Position numbers and translations under genes: made by a program. The notes below the pieces were generated by a model. It had not been told where the DNA came from. It saw nothing but the letters and a program-made list of their open reading frames with translations, and searched no databases. Below are positions 27,251 to 37,702 of a stretch of 64,000 nt of DNA, piece after piece; position 1 is the first letter of the stretch; the number at the start of each line of letters is the position of its first letter. This stretch comes from Myxococcales bacterium (GTDB taxonomy: Bacteria; Myxococcota_A; Polyangia; JAAYKL01): positions 9,175-73,174 of the forward strand of contig JAAYKL010000109.1 of NCBI GenBank assembly GCA_012522445.1, read 5' to 3'.

Positions 27251-29026
27251 ATGAACCGGTTGTTATATCGCCATACTGTCGCATTTTTGGTTGCCTTAAT
27301 TTTGCTTTTTCCCATGCACTCCTTTGCCGCCGACAAGCCGCTGCTGCGATCCGGCCAAGGCATGTCGCACAGCCTTTTTGATCCCGCCGTAGATACCAAG
27401 GGGCATTTTACGATGGATGGCAGCGCCGTGCTGCCGCACCTGTCATTTTCTCTCGGGTTGATGCTCGACTTTGGTTTCAACAACTGGGTGTCGGTCGAGC
27501 AAGACGGCTTGTCCTACACGCACGAAAACGCCACCATTGAGGCATACAACAAAGCGGTCATTGAACGCTTGATCACGGCGCGTTTCATCTTCAACTTTGG
27601 CTTGCTCAACCGCTTGGCCGTCGGTTTGCAAATCCCCATCGTGGTACCCACCGGCACATTTTACCAAGTCATGCCGCAAAACACGGCGGCATCCATTTGG
27701 GAGGTCGAGGGGTCGCATTGGTCGAGCAAGGGCAGCTTTGGCGACATCGGATTGCACGTCAAAGCCAGCGTCTTTCGCTCGGACTGGCATCCGGTAGGCC
27801 TCGCGTTTATCGCCCAATACCTCATCCCGTCGGGCAAGTCCGAGTTTTTCAGCGGAGAACCCGGTGGCGGCGCCTTTGTCTTGAAGGCCATTTTCGACGC
27901 CGAACCCGCGCTCTGGTATCGCCTTGGTTTAAATGTGGGTGTGCGATTGCCGCTGGGTGCGAAAAAAGAGAACTACCACAACTGGAACGAAAGCTCGTTT
28001 CCCGCATCCTTTCCGCCACCGCCGGAGCTGTTGCTGTTTGAATATGGCCCCATGCTGTATTTCGGCCTCGGGCAGAGCTTCAACATTTGGGAAAACATTA
28101 TGGACTTCGTCGTGGAGGTGTATGGCAACCACATGATCAACCGCATGAGCGATTTGCCCTATCTGTCGCTGGAGGCCAACGCGGGCTTTAAGGTGTTCAT
28201 CGAAGAGAGCTCGTACTTAATGGCGGGCTATGCCCATGGCATTCCCACCGGGGCCACCGATTCCAACTACGGCTTTCAAAGCATGGAGCACCGCTTTTTT
28301 CTCGGCTTCTCCTACGAGCCGTCCATTCCCATTCGCATCAAAGACACCGATATGGACCGCGATGGCGACGGCATTCCCGATCATTTGGACGATTGCCCCG
28401 ATGAACCCGGTCCGCCCGAAAACAATGGCTGCCCCGAAAGCGACATGGACGGCGACGGCGTTCCCGATCACCTCGACAAGTGTCCGCTGGTGCCCGGCGA
28501 CCCTGCCAATCACGGCTGCCCCAAAGCGTTTGAAGCCAGCGCCGAGGCAGAGGTTGCGGAGGCCGATCCCCCGCCGCCGCCGCCCAGCGGAGACGTGGTG
28601 GTGGCCAACAGCTCGCTCATGATTCTCAAAAAGGTAAACTTTGAAACCGCTTCGGACAAAATTTTGCCCGAATCGTTTGGCATCCTCGACGAAGTGGCCA
28701 AGACCATCCAAGACAACCCGCAGCTCACCGCCATCGAAGTACAGGGCCACGCCGACGAGCGCGGTTCGGACAATTACAACCTCGGCTTGACCAAGCGCCG
28801 TGCGGCGGCCGTGCGCAAATACCTCATCGATAAAGGGGTGGATCGCGGTCTCCTGAAATCGCAGGGATATGGCGAGTACTGCCCGCTGGACCCGGCGAGC
28901 AACGAAGAAGCCTGGGAAAAGAACCGGCGCGTCGAATTCAAAATTGTCGAGATCAACGGCAAGCCCACGGGCGTCAAGTGCGGTTGTGCGGCCGCCGAAG
29001 CCCGCGGTGTGCGCTCCGCTTATTGA
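27251..29026 (+). CDS. OmpA-family protein: N-terminal barrel, thrombospondin type-3 repeats, OmpA domain (TraB-like architecture)
   Basis: Signal peptide. DRDGDGIPDHLDDCP and DMDGDGVPDHLDKCP. GHADERG, GYGE, NRRVEF. Confidence 0.88.
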   Translation: MNRLLYRHTVAFLVALILLFPMHSFAADKPLLRSGQGMSHSLFDPAVDTKGHFTMDGSAVLPHLSFSLGLMLDFGFNNWVSVEQDGLSYTHENATIEAYNKAVIERLITARFIFNFGLLNRLAVGLQIPIVVPTGTFYQVMPQNTAASIWEVEGSHWSSKGSFGDIGLHVKASVFRSDWHPVGLAFIAQYLIPSGKSEFFSGEPGGGAFVLKAIFDAEPALWYRLGLNVGVRLPLGAKKENYHNWNESSFPASFPPPPELLLFEYGPMLYFGLGQSFNIWENIMDFVVEVYGNHMINRMSDLPYLSLEANAGFKVFIEESSYLMAGYAHGIPTGATDSNYGFQSMEHRFFLGFSYEPSIPIRIKDTDMDRDGDGIPDHLDDCPDEPGPPENNGCPESDMDGDGVPDHLDKCPLVPGDPANHGCPKAFEASAEAEVAEADPPPPPPSGDVVVANSSLMILKKVNFETASDKILPESFGILDEVAKTIQDNPQLTAIEVQGHADERGSDNYNLGLTKRRAAAVRKYLIDKGVDRGLLKSQGYGEYCPLDPASNEEAWEKNRRVEFKIVEINGKPTGVKCGCAAAEARGVRSAY

Positions 29027-29051
29027 GCGTCCCCCACCCCTCCCACTCGTT

Positions 29052-30440
29052 TCACGTCTCGTTTTTTTCCCGCATGTCTTTTTTGCCGAGCCTCGCCAGG
29101 CGGCGTTCGCTGGCTTCCTCGCCTTCGGCTTCCTGCGCGGACCGGGCGTGGACGATGGCCTGTGCGTAATCTTTGAGGCGGTGTTCAAAGTCTTTGGCCA
29201 GGGCCAGGTGGGCCGCCGCGTCGTCGGGATAACGCGCGACCAGGTTTTGCCAGGCTTGATGGGCGGTGTCAGCGTCGCCGCTTCTGCGGGCTTGCCGCGC
29301 CAATAGGTGCCACGCGACCTGGCGTTCGTCGGCGTCGTCTGCGACTTCGGCCCGGTGCAAGTGGGCAAAGCCCCGGGCGCTGTGTCCCGCGTGAAAGGCC
29401 GACTGGGCCAACCCCAGGTTGTCGGCGGCGTGGGCCACGGCCTCGGGATCGTTGTACATATTTTCCAATACGCCCCCGAGCGCTGCCAGGGCGATCAGGT
29501 CGAGCGCATTGTGTTCGAAGACGCGCACCATATCGGCGGCCTCACCCGTGCGCAGGTAGTGGGCGTACACCGCGGGAATTTGGGCGCCGGGGATGTCGCC
29601 TTGTCGGCGGAAACCCAAGATGACGTCTTCGAGGTTGTTGAGGCTGCGATTGGCCAAGCGACGCGAGAAGATGCGGCGGGCCACGTGCAGCAAATCGACG
29701 TGCGGCAGTTTCACCCCGGGATTGGGGGCGCGGTTGAGGATGCAGCGCGTATTGATGAGGGGCAAATCGAAGGCCCGGCCGTTAAAGGAAACCAGGTGCG
29801 TGGCGCGGGCCATGTGGTGGCGCAGGCGTTCGAGTTGGGCGGGCTCTTCGCTGGGATCGCGACAAAATATCTGCTCGACGACAAAGGTGCGCGATGCGGT
29901 AAACCAAGCGACGCCGATGAGGAAGGGCAAGGTGCCTGTGCCGCCGGAGAGTCCGGTGGTTTCGGTGTCGATAAACAGGGCGCCTTCGGGGGATAAATCG
30001 GCGATGCGCGCATCGCGACACAGGGTGGCCAGGCCGTGGCCCGTGGTTAAAAAGGTGTGAATGGGGACGTCGCCATGGTGGTGTCCCGCATCAAAATGCG
30101 GCTGGTGGCACCAGACTTCGCCCATGGCGGTGTCGATGACCTCGCCGGGAAGCGCGGTGTCGACCGATGGTGTCCGGGGCGGCGCCTCGGCGGTGTCGGT
30201 GTTGCGCGGGGGTGACTCCGGTGATGTGGCGTGCGGCTGGGTGCGGGCTTCAATGCGCTTCATGCGCTGGCGCAGCTCCGCGATCAAGCTCGTTTTGTCC
30301 ACCGGTGTGGTCGGTGCGTCTGCGCCCCCGGCCCCGGAGAGCGTTTCGGTGGCATCGCCGAGGGTTTGATTTGCCTCCGGTGTTGCGGTCGTGTCGGGGG
30401 TGGTGCGCCGCTTGAGCCGGGATTGCAGTTTAGTCGCCAT
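29052..30440 (-). CDS. mrfB: YprB/MrfB-like RNase H-fold (DEDDh) exonuclease with TPR
   Basis: FIDTETTGL, SFNGRAFDLP, HVDLLH, HNALD, C-terminal TPR (LAKDFEHR). Overlaps the helicase gene. Confidence 0.8.
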   Translation of the reverse strand: MATKLQSRLKRRTTPDTTATPEANQTLGDATETLSGAGGADAPTTPVDKTSLIAELRQRMKRIEARTQPHATSPESPPRNTDTAEAPPRTPSVDTALPGEVIDTAMGEVWCHQPHFDAGHHHGDVPIHTFLTTGHGLATLCRDARIADLSPEGALFIDTETTGLSGGTGTLPFLIGVAWFTASRTFVVEQIFCRDPSEEPAQLERLRHHMARATHLVSFNGRAFDLPLINTRCILNRAPNPGVKLPHVDLLHVARRIFSRRLANRSLNNLEDVILGFRRQGDIPGAQIPAVYAHYLRTGEAADMVRVFEHNALDLIALAALGGVLENMYNDPEAVAHAADNLGLAQSAFHAGHSARGFAHLHRAEVADDADERQVAWHLLARQARRSGDADTAHQAWQNLVARYPDDAAAHLALAKDFEHRLKDYAQAIVHARSAQEAEGEEASERRLARLGKKDMREKNET

Positions 30441-32796
30441 GCACCACCACCAAGTGCGCCGCGATGCGCGCCGCGATGTCTTTGAGGTTGTGGTGGGCGG
30501 GCACGGGCAGCGGGCCGATGCACGCGGGACAGCCGTCGGGGCACGGACAACCCCGGATGAGGGTTTGGGCATCGGAGAACAGGAGCGAGATGGACGCAAA
30601 GGCGCGTTCCATCAGACCGGCGCCGCCTTCGTGGGTGTCGTAGAGGTACAGGGTAACCGGTGGCGGTGTGGGCGAGGCTGTGGCATCCGGGTCGAGGGCT
30701 GCGGTTTCGGCATGGATGGCGTCGGGCGCATCGAGATGTGGCCCTTGCAGCAGCGTGGCGATGTCGCGCGGATCGGCCATGAGCCGCAGGGCCGTCACTT
30801 GGTGCAGGGCGTGTCGCAGGCCATCTAGGGCTAGGGGCGTAATGTCGGGAGGCCAATCGCGCAACGCGTGCTCGTGCAGTTGCACCCAGACCGCTTCGGT
30901 TTCCATTTGCAATGGCGGCAAGGAGACCTCGTCGTAGCCGAGGTTTTCGTGGGTGCGGAATTTGATTTTTTTACACCCTACCACGTTTTCGACCACGCTG
31001 ACGTCACCGATGAAAATGGTGCCGCCGGGCCCGTCGGTGGTGGCGTGCGTCGCCAGCGGTGCGATGCGGCTCTGGGCCACGGCTGTGGTGTAGTAAACGG
31101 GTGGCACCGGAGAGACCCAAGCCTTGCTCGCGGCGGGATCAAAGCGCTGCACCTCAAACGTTTCGCCCTCGTGTTGGTAAATGGCGTGGTCGAAGAGCTC
31201 GAAATGGGCGGCGCGCCAGGCCACTTCGGCCAAGGGCTCACCGCTCTCTTGTTGCACCACCACCACGGGATTGCCCACGTCGCGCAAGCTCACCTGGGCC
31301 GCCGGATATGCGCTGCCGATGTAGTGATAGCGACCGTTGCGCAACACCAAATCGGATTCGGCGGTGAGGCAGGAGAGGGCGGCGTCGGTGTCTTCAATGC
31401 CCAAGGTGCCGAAGCGATCGGTGGTGGCAAAGGGAAGCTCGAAGGCAGCACAGCGCAGGTGGGCGAGCAAGATGGTGACATTGTCGGGTTGCACCAGGGC
31501 GACCTCGGGGGTGCTGTGCAACAGATAGGCGGGCTCGCGGGCCAGGAATTGATCGAGGGGCGCGTTGCCGGCGATGAGCACCGCCAGGGACGGGGACTGG
31601 CGTCTTCCGGCACGTCCGGCGCGTTGGTGGGTGGCGGCGATGGTGCCGGGGTAGCCGCACAACAGCACGGCGTCTAGCGCGCCCACATCGATGCCCAGCT
31701 CCAGGGCGTTGGTGGCCACCACCGCGTCGACGTCGCCCTGCTGCAGAGCGGTTTCGATTTCGCGTCGCAACAGGGGGAGATAACCGCCGCGATAGCCGCG
31801 GATGCGCCCGGGATCGCCGCCGTTTTGCCGCACTTTGTCGCGCAGGTATCGCAGCACAATTTCGACGCCGCGCCGCGTTTGGCAAAAGATGAGCGAGGTG
31901 ACGCCGGCCAACACCAGGTCGGCCCCCATGCGTGCGGCGATGCGGTGTGCCGAAGCGCGGATGCCCATCACGGGGTCGACGACGGGCGGGTTGAAGAGCA
32001 CGAAAGTGCGCGTGCCAGTGGGCGCGGTGCTTTTGTCGATTAAGGTGGTGGGTGCGCCGAAGAGCGCCTCGCCGAGTTCGCCGGGATTGCCGATGGTGGC
32101 GGAGCAGCCAATGAAGATCGGCCGGGCGTTGTAAAACCCGCAGACGCGTTGCAATCGCCGCACCACATTGGCCACATGGGAACCGAAAATGCCGCGATAG
32201 GTGTGCATTTCGTCGACCACCACGTGGGTGAGGCCCGCCCAAAACTGCGCCCACGCCGTGTGATGGGGCAAGATGCCGGTGTGGAGCATGTCCGGATTGG
32301 TGATGATGATATGGGCTTCGGTGCGCGCCTTGCGCCGGACATCGCCCGGGGTGTCGCCATCGTAGACCACGGTTTTGAGATCGGCGCCGCATAGATCGAT
32401 GAAGCGCCGTATGGTGCTCTCTTGGTCGCGGGCCAAGGCCTTGGTGGGAAAGAGCAGCAGCGCCCTGGCCGAGGGCCGGGATAACAGGCGCGCGACAATG
32501 GGCACGATGTAGGCCAGGGATTTTCCCGAAGCCGTGGGGGTGGCGATGACCGTGGCACGCCCAGCGGCAATGCTGTTCCAGGCATCCACCTGGTGTTGCC
32601 ACGGAGAGGTGATGCCCAAAGACGTCATCGCTTGCAAAATGGGGATGTCGATCCACTCGGGGAAGCGTGCGGTTTGGCCCGGGGTGGGGTTGGTGGTTTC
32701 TTGGGCGCAAAAATCGCCGGAAATGCCGCCGGCGCGCCAATGGGCGACAACGGTATAAATGTCGTCGCTCGTCGCGTTGCCCGTACGGCGCGTCAC
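30430..32796 (-). CDS. mrfA: YprA/MrfA (Hrq1-like) DEAH helicase with DUF1998
   Basis: TPTASGKS, TNPDMLH, DEMH, SATIGNP, QRAGRAGR, C-terminal CPCPDGCPAC. GTG start in a GTGA overlap. Confidence 0.88.
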   Translation of the reverse strand: MTRRTGNATSDDIYTVVAHWRAGGISGDFCAQETTNPTPGQTARFPEWIDIPILQAMTSLGITSPWQHQVDAWNSIAAGRATVIATPTASGKSLAYIVPIVARLLSRPSARALLLFPTKALARDQESTIRRFIDLCGADLKTVVYDGDTPGDVRRKARTEAHIIITNPDMLHTGILPHHTAWAQFWAGLTHVVVDEMHTYRGIFGSHVANVVRRLQRVCGFYNARPIFIGCSATIGNPGELGEALFGAPTTLIDKSTAPTGTRTFVLFNPPVVDPVMGIRASAHRIAARMGADLVLAGVTSLIFCQTRRGVEIVLRYLRDKVRQNGGDPGRIRGYRGGYLPLLRREIETALQQGDVDAVVATNALELGIDVGALDAVLLCGYPGTIAATHQRAGRAGRRQSPSLAVLIAGNAPLDQFLAREPAYLLHSTPEVALVQPDNVTILLAHLRCAAFELPFATTDRFGTLGIEDTDAALSCLTAESDLVLRNGRYHYIGSAYPAAQVSLRDVGNPVVVVQQESGEPLAEVAWRAAHFELFDHAIYQHEGETFEVQRFDPAASKAWVSPVPPVYYTTAVAQSRIAPLATHATTDGPGGTIFIGDVSVVENVVGCKKIKFRTHENLGYDEVSLPPLQMETEAVWVQLHEHALRDWPPDITPLALDGLRHALHQVTALRLMADPRDIATLLQGPHLDAPDAIHAETAALDPDATASPTPPPVTLYLYDTHEGGAGLMERAFASISLLFSDAQTLIRGCPCPDGCPACIGPLPVPAHHNLKDIAARIAAHLVVVHGD

Positions 32797-34067
32797 CCCA
32801 CGATGCCGTCCTGAATCAATTTGGCGATGATGCGGCATGTTTCGAAGCGCGGCAGACCCGAGATGTCGATGACGTCTTCGAAGGAGCTCATGCCATCAAA
32901 GCGGGAGAGGACAAAGCCCGTGGTGGGATCGAGATTGCGCCACATGAGCTCGTTGGCCGGGACCAAGAGCTTGGGGATGCGCGTCATGTCGCCAATGCGC
33001 GATTCGTACATGCGCAGCAGGGTTTCGCGGCATGTCTCGCGGTAGTTGAGCATTTCGATGTTGTCGGGATCGTCTTTTAAAATTTCGTTGGCGAGGTCTA
33101 GGGCGCCTGAAAAATCGCCGAGATTGTACTTGGCCTTGAGCTGTTCGCGAGGGGAGGGCGGCGGCAGGGAAATGGCGATATCCCGGTCATCGTCATCTGC
33201 TTCGGGGATGAGCTCTAGGGGCGCATCGTCGCCGCGGTAATCGGCGGGCAGATCGATGATGGCGTTTAAATCGGGTGCGGGCGGTGGGATGGAGGCGATG
33301 GAGATGCGTGCGCCGCACACGTCGACGGTGTGGTCGTGGCGTTTTTGGTCTTGTTGTTCCTGCAGTGTGGTCAGCGCTTCTTGTAGGGCGGCGGTATCGT
33401 CGTAGTTGTGCAAGGGCGTCTGCCGCGTGTCGTCTTCTTCGCGGATGGCGCGATAGGCGGGGTCGGAGGTTTCGATCTCCACCGTGGGCCGCTCATCGGC
33501 GATGTCGATTTCGCGCGTGGGCCGTATGTAGGCGTCATCGTCGGCGGCAATGGGTGCGGGTGCCCGGGACTGGAGGGCGAAGGGCGCCGGGTCGGTTTGG
33601 GTTCGCTTGGCGGGCCTGGGCGGAAAGCCCATGTTCGGTGGCGCCACCAGTGGCGTCGGTGTTTGGCGGAGTAAGGGTATGCCGGAAACCGTGGCGCGTA
33701 CGCTGCGCACTTTGAGCGCTTCACTGCGAAAGGCTTCCGCTTCTCGCGGTGGCTCCGCGGCGTTCTTGGTGGCGATCTCGCGGGTGATGTCCTCGGTGCG
33801 ACCCTTGCGGGGCTTGGTCGACTCAATGACGATGACGGGTTGCGCGGCATCGTTTGGCGTGGATGGCGATGGTGTGAGGCTGGGATCGGTTACGGGGGAC
33901 TTGGGCGCTTCGGAGTGCATCACCTCAATGGTGGCGCCGCGGATATCGCCCGGCGGCAATTCCCAGACATCGTCGACCTCGTCGATGAGGCCCGCATCTG
34001 CCAGGATTTTTGCCCAGCGACTGCTTTTGTCCGAATCCGACATTTCGTTTGTTGCCACTGGCGGCAT
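32793..34067 (-). CDS. Hypothetical protein: disordered acidic N-terminus, TPR-like helix pair, C-terminal winged-helix
   Basis: GDFSGALDLANEILKDDP. LDPTTGFVLSRFDG..FEDVIDISGLPRFETCRIIAKLIQDGIV. Confidence 0.7.
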   Translation of the reverse strand: MPPVATNEMSDSDKSSRWAKILADAGLIDEVDDVWELPPGDIRGATIEVMHSEAPKSPVTDPSLTPSPSTPNDAAQPVIVIESTKPRKGRTEDITREIATKNAAEPPREAEAFRSEALKVRSVRATVSGIPLLRQTPTPLVAPPNMGFPPRPAKRTQTDPAPFALQSRAPAPIAADDDAYIRPTREIDIADERPTVEIETSDPAYRAIREEDDTRQTPLHNYDDTAALQEALTTLQEQQDQKRHDHTVDVCGARISIASIPPPAPDLNAIIDLPADYRGDDAPLELIPEADDDDRDIAISLPPPSPREQLKAKYNLGDFSGALDLANEILKDDPDNIEMLNYRETCRETLLRMYESRIGDMTRIPKLLVPANELMWRNLDPTTGFVLSRFDGMSSFEDVIDISGLPRFETCRIIAKLIQDGIVG

Positions 34068-35890
34068 TAGGCCCGCGCCAGCACCCCCTTAAAGATTTTT
34101 TGTGTGCGTTTTAACGCCTCTAGGTGTTCGTTTAGTTTTGCGGCGTCGCGCTGATCGATGGATTGCTGCGCATTGTCGAGCAAATCCCGGGCCTTGGCGA
34201 GCGCCTCGCGACCAAACTCCGAGTTGCCAACGGTTTGTTCGGCCTTGTGAAAGGAGCGGTCGATTTCGCGCATAATGCGCTCGGCCTCTTGGCGCATGGC
34301 GTCAAACTCCTCGGAGGCGCGCCGATCGAGCATGTACTCCTGGTTGTCGTTCGCCATGTTGAGGATTTCTTCTTCGGTGAGTCCGGATGACGCCGTGACG
34401 GTGATGGATTGCTTCAGCCCCGTTTCGAGGTCTTTGGCCGACACGCTGACAATGCCGTCGGCGTTGATGTCAAAGCTCACTTCGACTTCGACTTGCTCCT
34501 TGGGTGCGTTGCGCAAACCCGTGAGTACGAATTCGCCCAGGAGCTCGTTTTTTTCGGCGCGTTCGTTTTCGCCTTGGAACACCAAGATTTTCACGGCGGT
34601 TTGGTTGTCGCGCACCGTGGTGAAAATTTTAGAACGGGAGGTGGGCACCGTTGAGTTTTGCGGGATGAGCTCTTCGAAGAGTCCGCCCGCAATCATAATG
34701 CCCAGGGTGTGGGGCGTTACGTCGAGCAGCAGCATCTCGCTGCGGTCATCGATGAGCGCCGTGGCTTGGATGGCGGCGCCCAGGGCAACGACTTCGTCGG
34801 GATGGACGCCCTTGCAGGGTTCGCGGCCAAAGTATTCGGCCACCGAGCGCTGCACCAGCGGAACGCGGGTCATGCCGCCCACCAGAATGACATCTTCGAC
34901 GTCGGAGACTTCGAGGCCCGCTTCTTGGATGGTCGCCCGGCAGATCTCCATGGTGCGCTGCACCAGGTCGAAGCAGAGCTCTTCCATGGTTTCGCGGCGC
35001 AACATGCGCTGCAGGTGCAGGGCTTCGTTTTGGCCCACCGAGATGATGAACGGCAGGTTGATTTCGGCTTCCAGTTGGGTGGAGAGTTCGATTTTGGCCT
35101 TTTCGGCGGCATCTTTCAGGCGCTGCAGGGCCATGCGGTCCTGGCGCAGATCGACGCCGTGTTCGTCCAAGAAGCCCTGGACGAGCCAGTCCATGATGCG
35201 CGTGTCAAAGTCTTCGCCGCCCAAGAATGTATCGCCCGCAGTGGAGATGACTTTGAAGACTTCGTCGGAGCTGATCTCGAGAACGGAGATGTCGAACGTG
35301 CCGCCGCCCAAGTCGTAGACGGCCACGGTGCGGTCGATTTTTTTGCCAAACCCATAGGCCAGTGCGGCTGCGGTGGGTTCGTTGATGATGCGAATGATTT
35401 CGACGCCGGCGATGGTGCCGCTGTCGCGCGTGGCTTGCCGTTGGTTGTCGTTGAAATAGGCCGGCACCGTCACCACGGCCTTGGCCACCGGTTCGCCCAG
35501 GTAATCTTCGGCGATGATTTTCATCTCCTGCAGAATCATCGCGGAGATTTCGGGCAACGAGTACAGCTTGCCGCGCAGATCGATGCGGGTATCGCTGTGC
35601 GGGCCCTCGATCACTCGGTAGGGTGCGGTGTCGCGAGCGGCCTCTACCGGCGGAGAGTTCCATTGGCGCCCGATGAGCCGCTTGGCGGCATACACGGTAT
35701 TTTCGGCATTGGTAATGGCTTGGCGCTTGGCGATGTGCCCGACCAACCGTTTGTCGGCTTCTGTTACAGCGACCATGGAAGGGGTGGTTTTGTAACCGCC
35801 CCGGTTGGGAATTACCGATGGGGTGTCGCCCTCCACCACAGCCACACAAGAATTGGTGGTGCCCAGGTCAATACCGATCACTCTTTCCAT
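34067..35890 (-). CDS. dnaK: Hsp70/DnaK paralog
   Basis: IGIDLGTTNS, TVPAYFND, EPTAAA, DLGGGTFD, VGGMTR, linker MLLLDV. No acidic disordered C-tail. Confidence 0.9.
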   Translation of the reverse strand: MERVIGIDLGTTNSCVAVVEGDTPSVIPNRGGYKTTPSMVAVTEADKRLVGHIAKRQAITNAENTVYAAKRLIGRQWNSPPVEAARDTAPYRVIEGPHSDTRIDLRGKLYSLPEISAMILQEMKIIAEDYLGEPVAKAVVTVPAYFNDNQRQATRDSGTIAGVEIIRIINEPTAAALAYGFGKKIDRTVAVYDLGGGTFDISVLEISSDEVFKVISTAGDTFLGGEDFDTRIMDWLVQGFLDEHGVDLRQDRMALQRLKDAAEKAKIELSTQLEAEINLPFIISVGQNEALHLQRMLRRETMEELCFDLVQRTMEICRATIQEAGLEVSDVEDVILVGGMTRVPLVQRSVAEYFGREPCKGVHPDEVVALGAAIQATALIDDRSEMLLLDVTPHTLGIMIAGGLFEELIPQNSTVPTSRSKIFTTVRDNQTAVKILVFQGENERAEKNELLGEFVLTGLRNAPKEQVEVEVSFDINADGIVSVSAKDLETGLKQSITVTASSGLTEEEILNMANDNQEYMLDRRASEEFDAMRQEAERIMREIDRSFHKAEQTVGNSEFGREALAKARDLLDNAQQSIDQRDAAKLNEHLEALKRTQKIFKGVLARA

Positions 35891-35918
35891 GCGCAATCCT
35901 CTTTCTTTCGCATTCAAT

Positions 35919-37460
35919 TTACGCCCTTTGCAGCGATTTGAGTCGTTTCTTATAGTCTGGGTTTCTCGGGTCCATTTGCAATGCCTTTTGATAGGCTTCT
36001 GCGGCCCTGAGCAGTGAGTTTTCCTTTATCATTAAATCGCCGAACAATGCGTAATATTTTGCTTTTGGCGCTGTGCCCGAAATGATTTCGCGCGTAAGGG
36101 CCAGGGCGCGAGACAGATTTTGGTCGAGTTCGAGCAACAGGCTGGCGATGAAGTAACGGGCCTCGGGATTTTCGTGATCGACAGACAGCGCCTTTTCGAA
36201 TTGTCGCATGGCTTCGCCCATGAGGCCGCGCGTTTGCAACAGGCGACCTTCTTTAATGAATTCGGCAGCGCAGCTCTTGGATTGCCGCGACATGGCGTGT
36301 GCCATGAGCTTTTGGGCTTCGGGATGGTTGGGGTGCGCGGCCAAAATGGTCTCCAGCGTGCGCAAGGCTTCGTCGCACTCGAAGCGCTCTAGGGCGATGC
36401 GCGCGTGGGCAATCATCGCCTCGATGGATCGCGTCTGCGCGGTGCGGGCATTGGGTTGCAGCCCCGCCAAGGACCGCTGGAGGCGTTCCCGTTTCCACTG
36501 TTCGCGACGGGCTTCGATTTCGGTTTCGTCGAGGGTGGGCATGGGCGGCATCGAGGAGCGCCTGGGGCTGGGCATGGACTGGTGGTTGCGGATTGCGGCA
36601 TGGGGCGAGGCCGAGGTGCGCCGCGGTGTGGGCATGGGGGTGGTGCGCGGCACCGGGCTGGCAGGTGCTTTTGAGGCCGGCGCCGGTTTTACTTTGGGGC
36701 GACCGATGGGGGGCCGGGGCACGATGCCGGAGGCCGTGGGGCTGGTCATGGGCACTGCGTTGGGTTGGGCGCGGGTGACGGCGGCGGCTCTGGCGGGGGC
36801 CGTGGGTGCAGCGGGCGCCGTAGATGCTGCCGGGACTGCGGGCGTCGGCGCGGGCGTCGATGTGCGGTGCAGCGATGCGTCGTAGGCCTGGCGTTGTTTG
36901 GCGTTCGACAGGGTTTCGAAGGCGCGCGTCAACACGTGAAATATGCGCGTCATCTGGGAGCGCGTTTTTTCAATATCGCGACCAAAAGCCTTGTCGGGGT
37001 GAAATTGTTTGGACAGGGCGAAGTATGCGGTGCGGATGGTTTTGCGATCTGCGTCGACCGGGACCCTCAAGACTTCGTAGAAATTGAGCTGATCGAGTTT
37101 GGCGTAAAATCGGCCGACGGTTTCTTCGAGCTGTTCGCGGCGGTCGTTTGTATTTGCCGGCGATGAGGGCGTGGCTTGGGGCACAGTTGGCGCTGCCGCA
37201 GCGGCGGTGGGGCCCGTCGCGACCGGGACCGAAGCCGTGTCGTGAAAGCCGGGCAGATCTACTACGCGCAACTGGTACAATCTCTTAAAGATGCGCTGGG
37301 CCATTTCGGTTTCGAGCCCGCAGGCATCGCCGATATCGCAGATGCTGTTGCGCCCATCCATCAACGTGAGGACGAGATTTTCCATGACGCCCAGGGACAC
37401 ACGAGAGCCGCGGGGATTGCGCGAAGGAATGGGCACGGTATCGAGAGAGGGTAGCTTCAT
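35919..37460 (-). CDS. wHTH / J-domain / Pro-rich linker / TPR protein
   Basis: NFYEVL..IRTAYFALSKQFHPDK J domain. C-terminal TPRs. N-terminal LVLTLMDGRNSICDI wHTH. Confidence 0.85.
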   Translation of the reverse strand: MKLPSLDTVPIPSRNPRGSRVSLGVMENLVLTLMDGRNSICDIGDACGLETEMAQRIFKRLYQLRVVDLPGFHDTASVPVATGPTAAAAAPTVPQATPSSPANTNDRREQLEETVGRFYAKLDQLNFYEVLRVPVDADRKTIRTAYFALSKQFHPDKAFGRDIEKTRSQMTRIFHVLTRAFETLSNAKQRQAYDASLHRTSTPAPTPAVPAASTAPAAPTAPARAAAVTRAQPNAVPMTSPTASGIVPRPPIGRPKVKPAPASKAPASPVPRTTPMPTPRRTSASPHAAIRNHQSMPSPRRSSMPPMPTLDETEIEARREQWKRERLQRSLAGLQPNARTAQTRSIEAMIAHARIALERFECDEALRTLETILAAHPNHPEAQKLMAHAMSRQSKSCAAEFIKEGRLLQTRGLMGEAMRQFEKALSVDHENPEARYFIASLLLELDQNLSRALALTREIISGTAPKAKYYALFGDLMIKENSLLRAAEAYQKALQMDPRNPDYKKRLKSLQRA

Positions 37461-37702
37461 CGTTTTGCGTTCTGTGTTGCTGCGGCACGCCAATGATCAC
37501 ACTGTTTTATCGGGCGGCGTTCCTGTGGTTCGCTTCAGCGGCATTCATAATTTGATATTGTTATTATATATAGCAAGTGCCTGGAAATTAGAATACTCCG
37601 CCGCAGGGATTTTTCATGTCTACGCCGTGAGAGCAAAGTGGTAAGGTGCCGACCATCCACAACGGCGACGCACTGCCGTGACTTTTGCCCATGGGAGACA
37701 GC

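Noticed and set aside
34275-35941. Long ORFs antisense to dnaK
   Set aside because: Well-known antisense open frame of hsp70 genes. No independent evidence of coding.
36928-36943. CACGTGAAA inside the J-TPR gene as a third parS
   Set aside because: Only a half site, with too many mismatches in the left arm.
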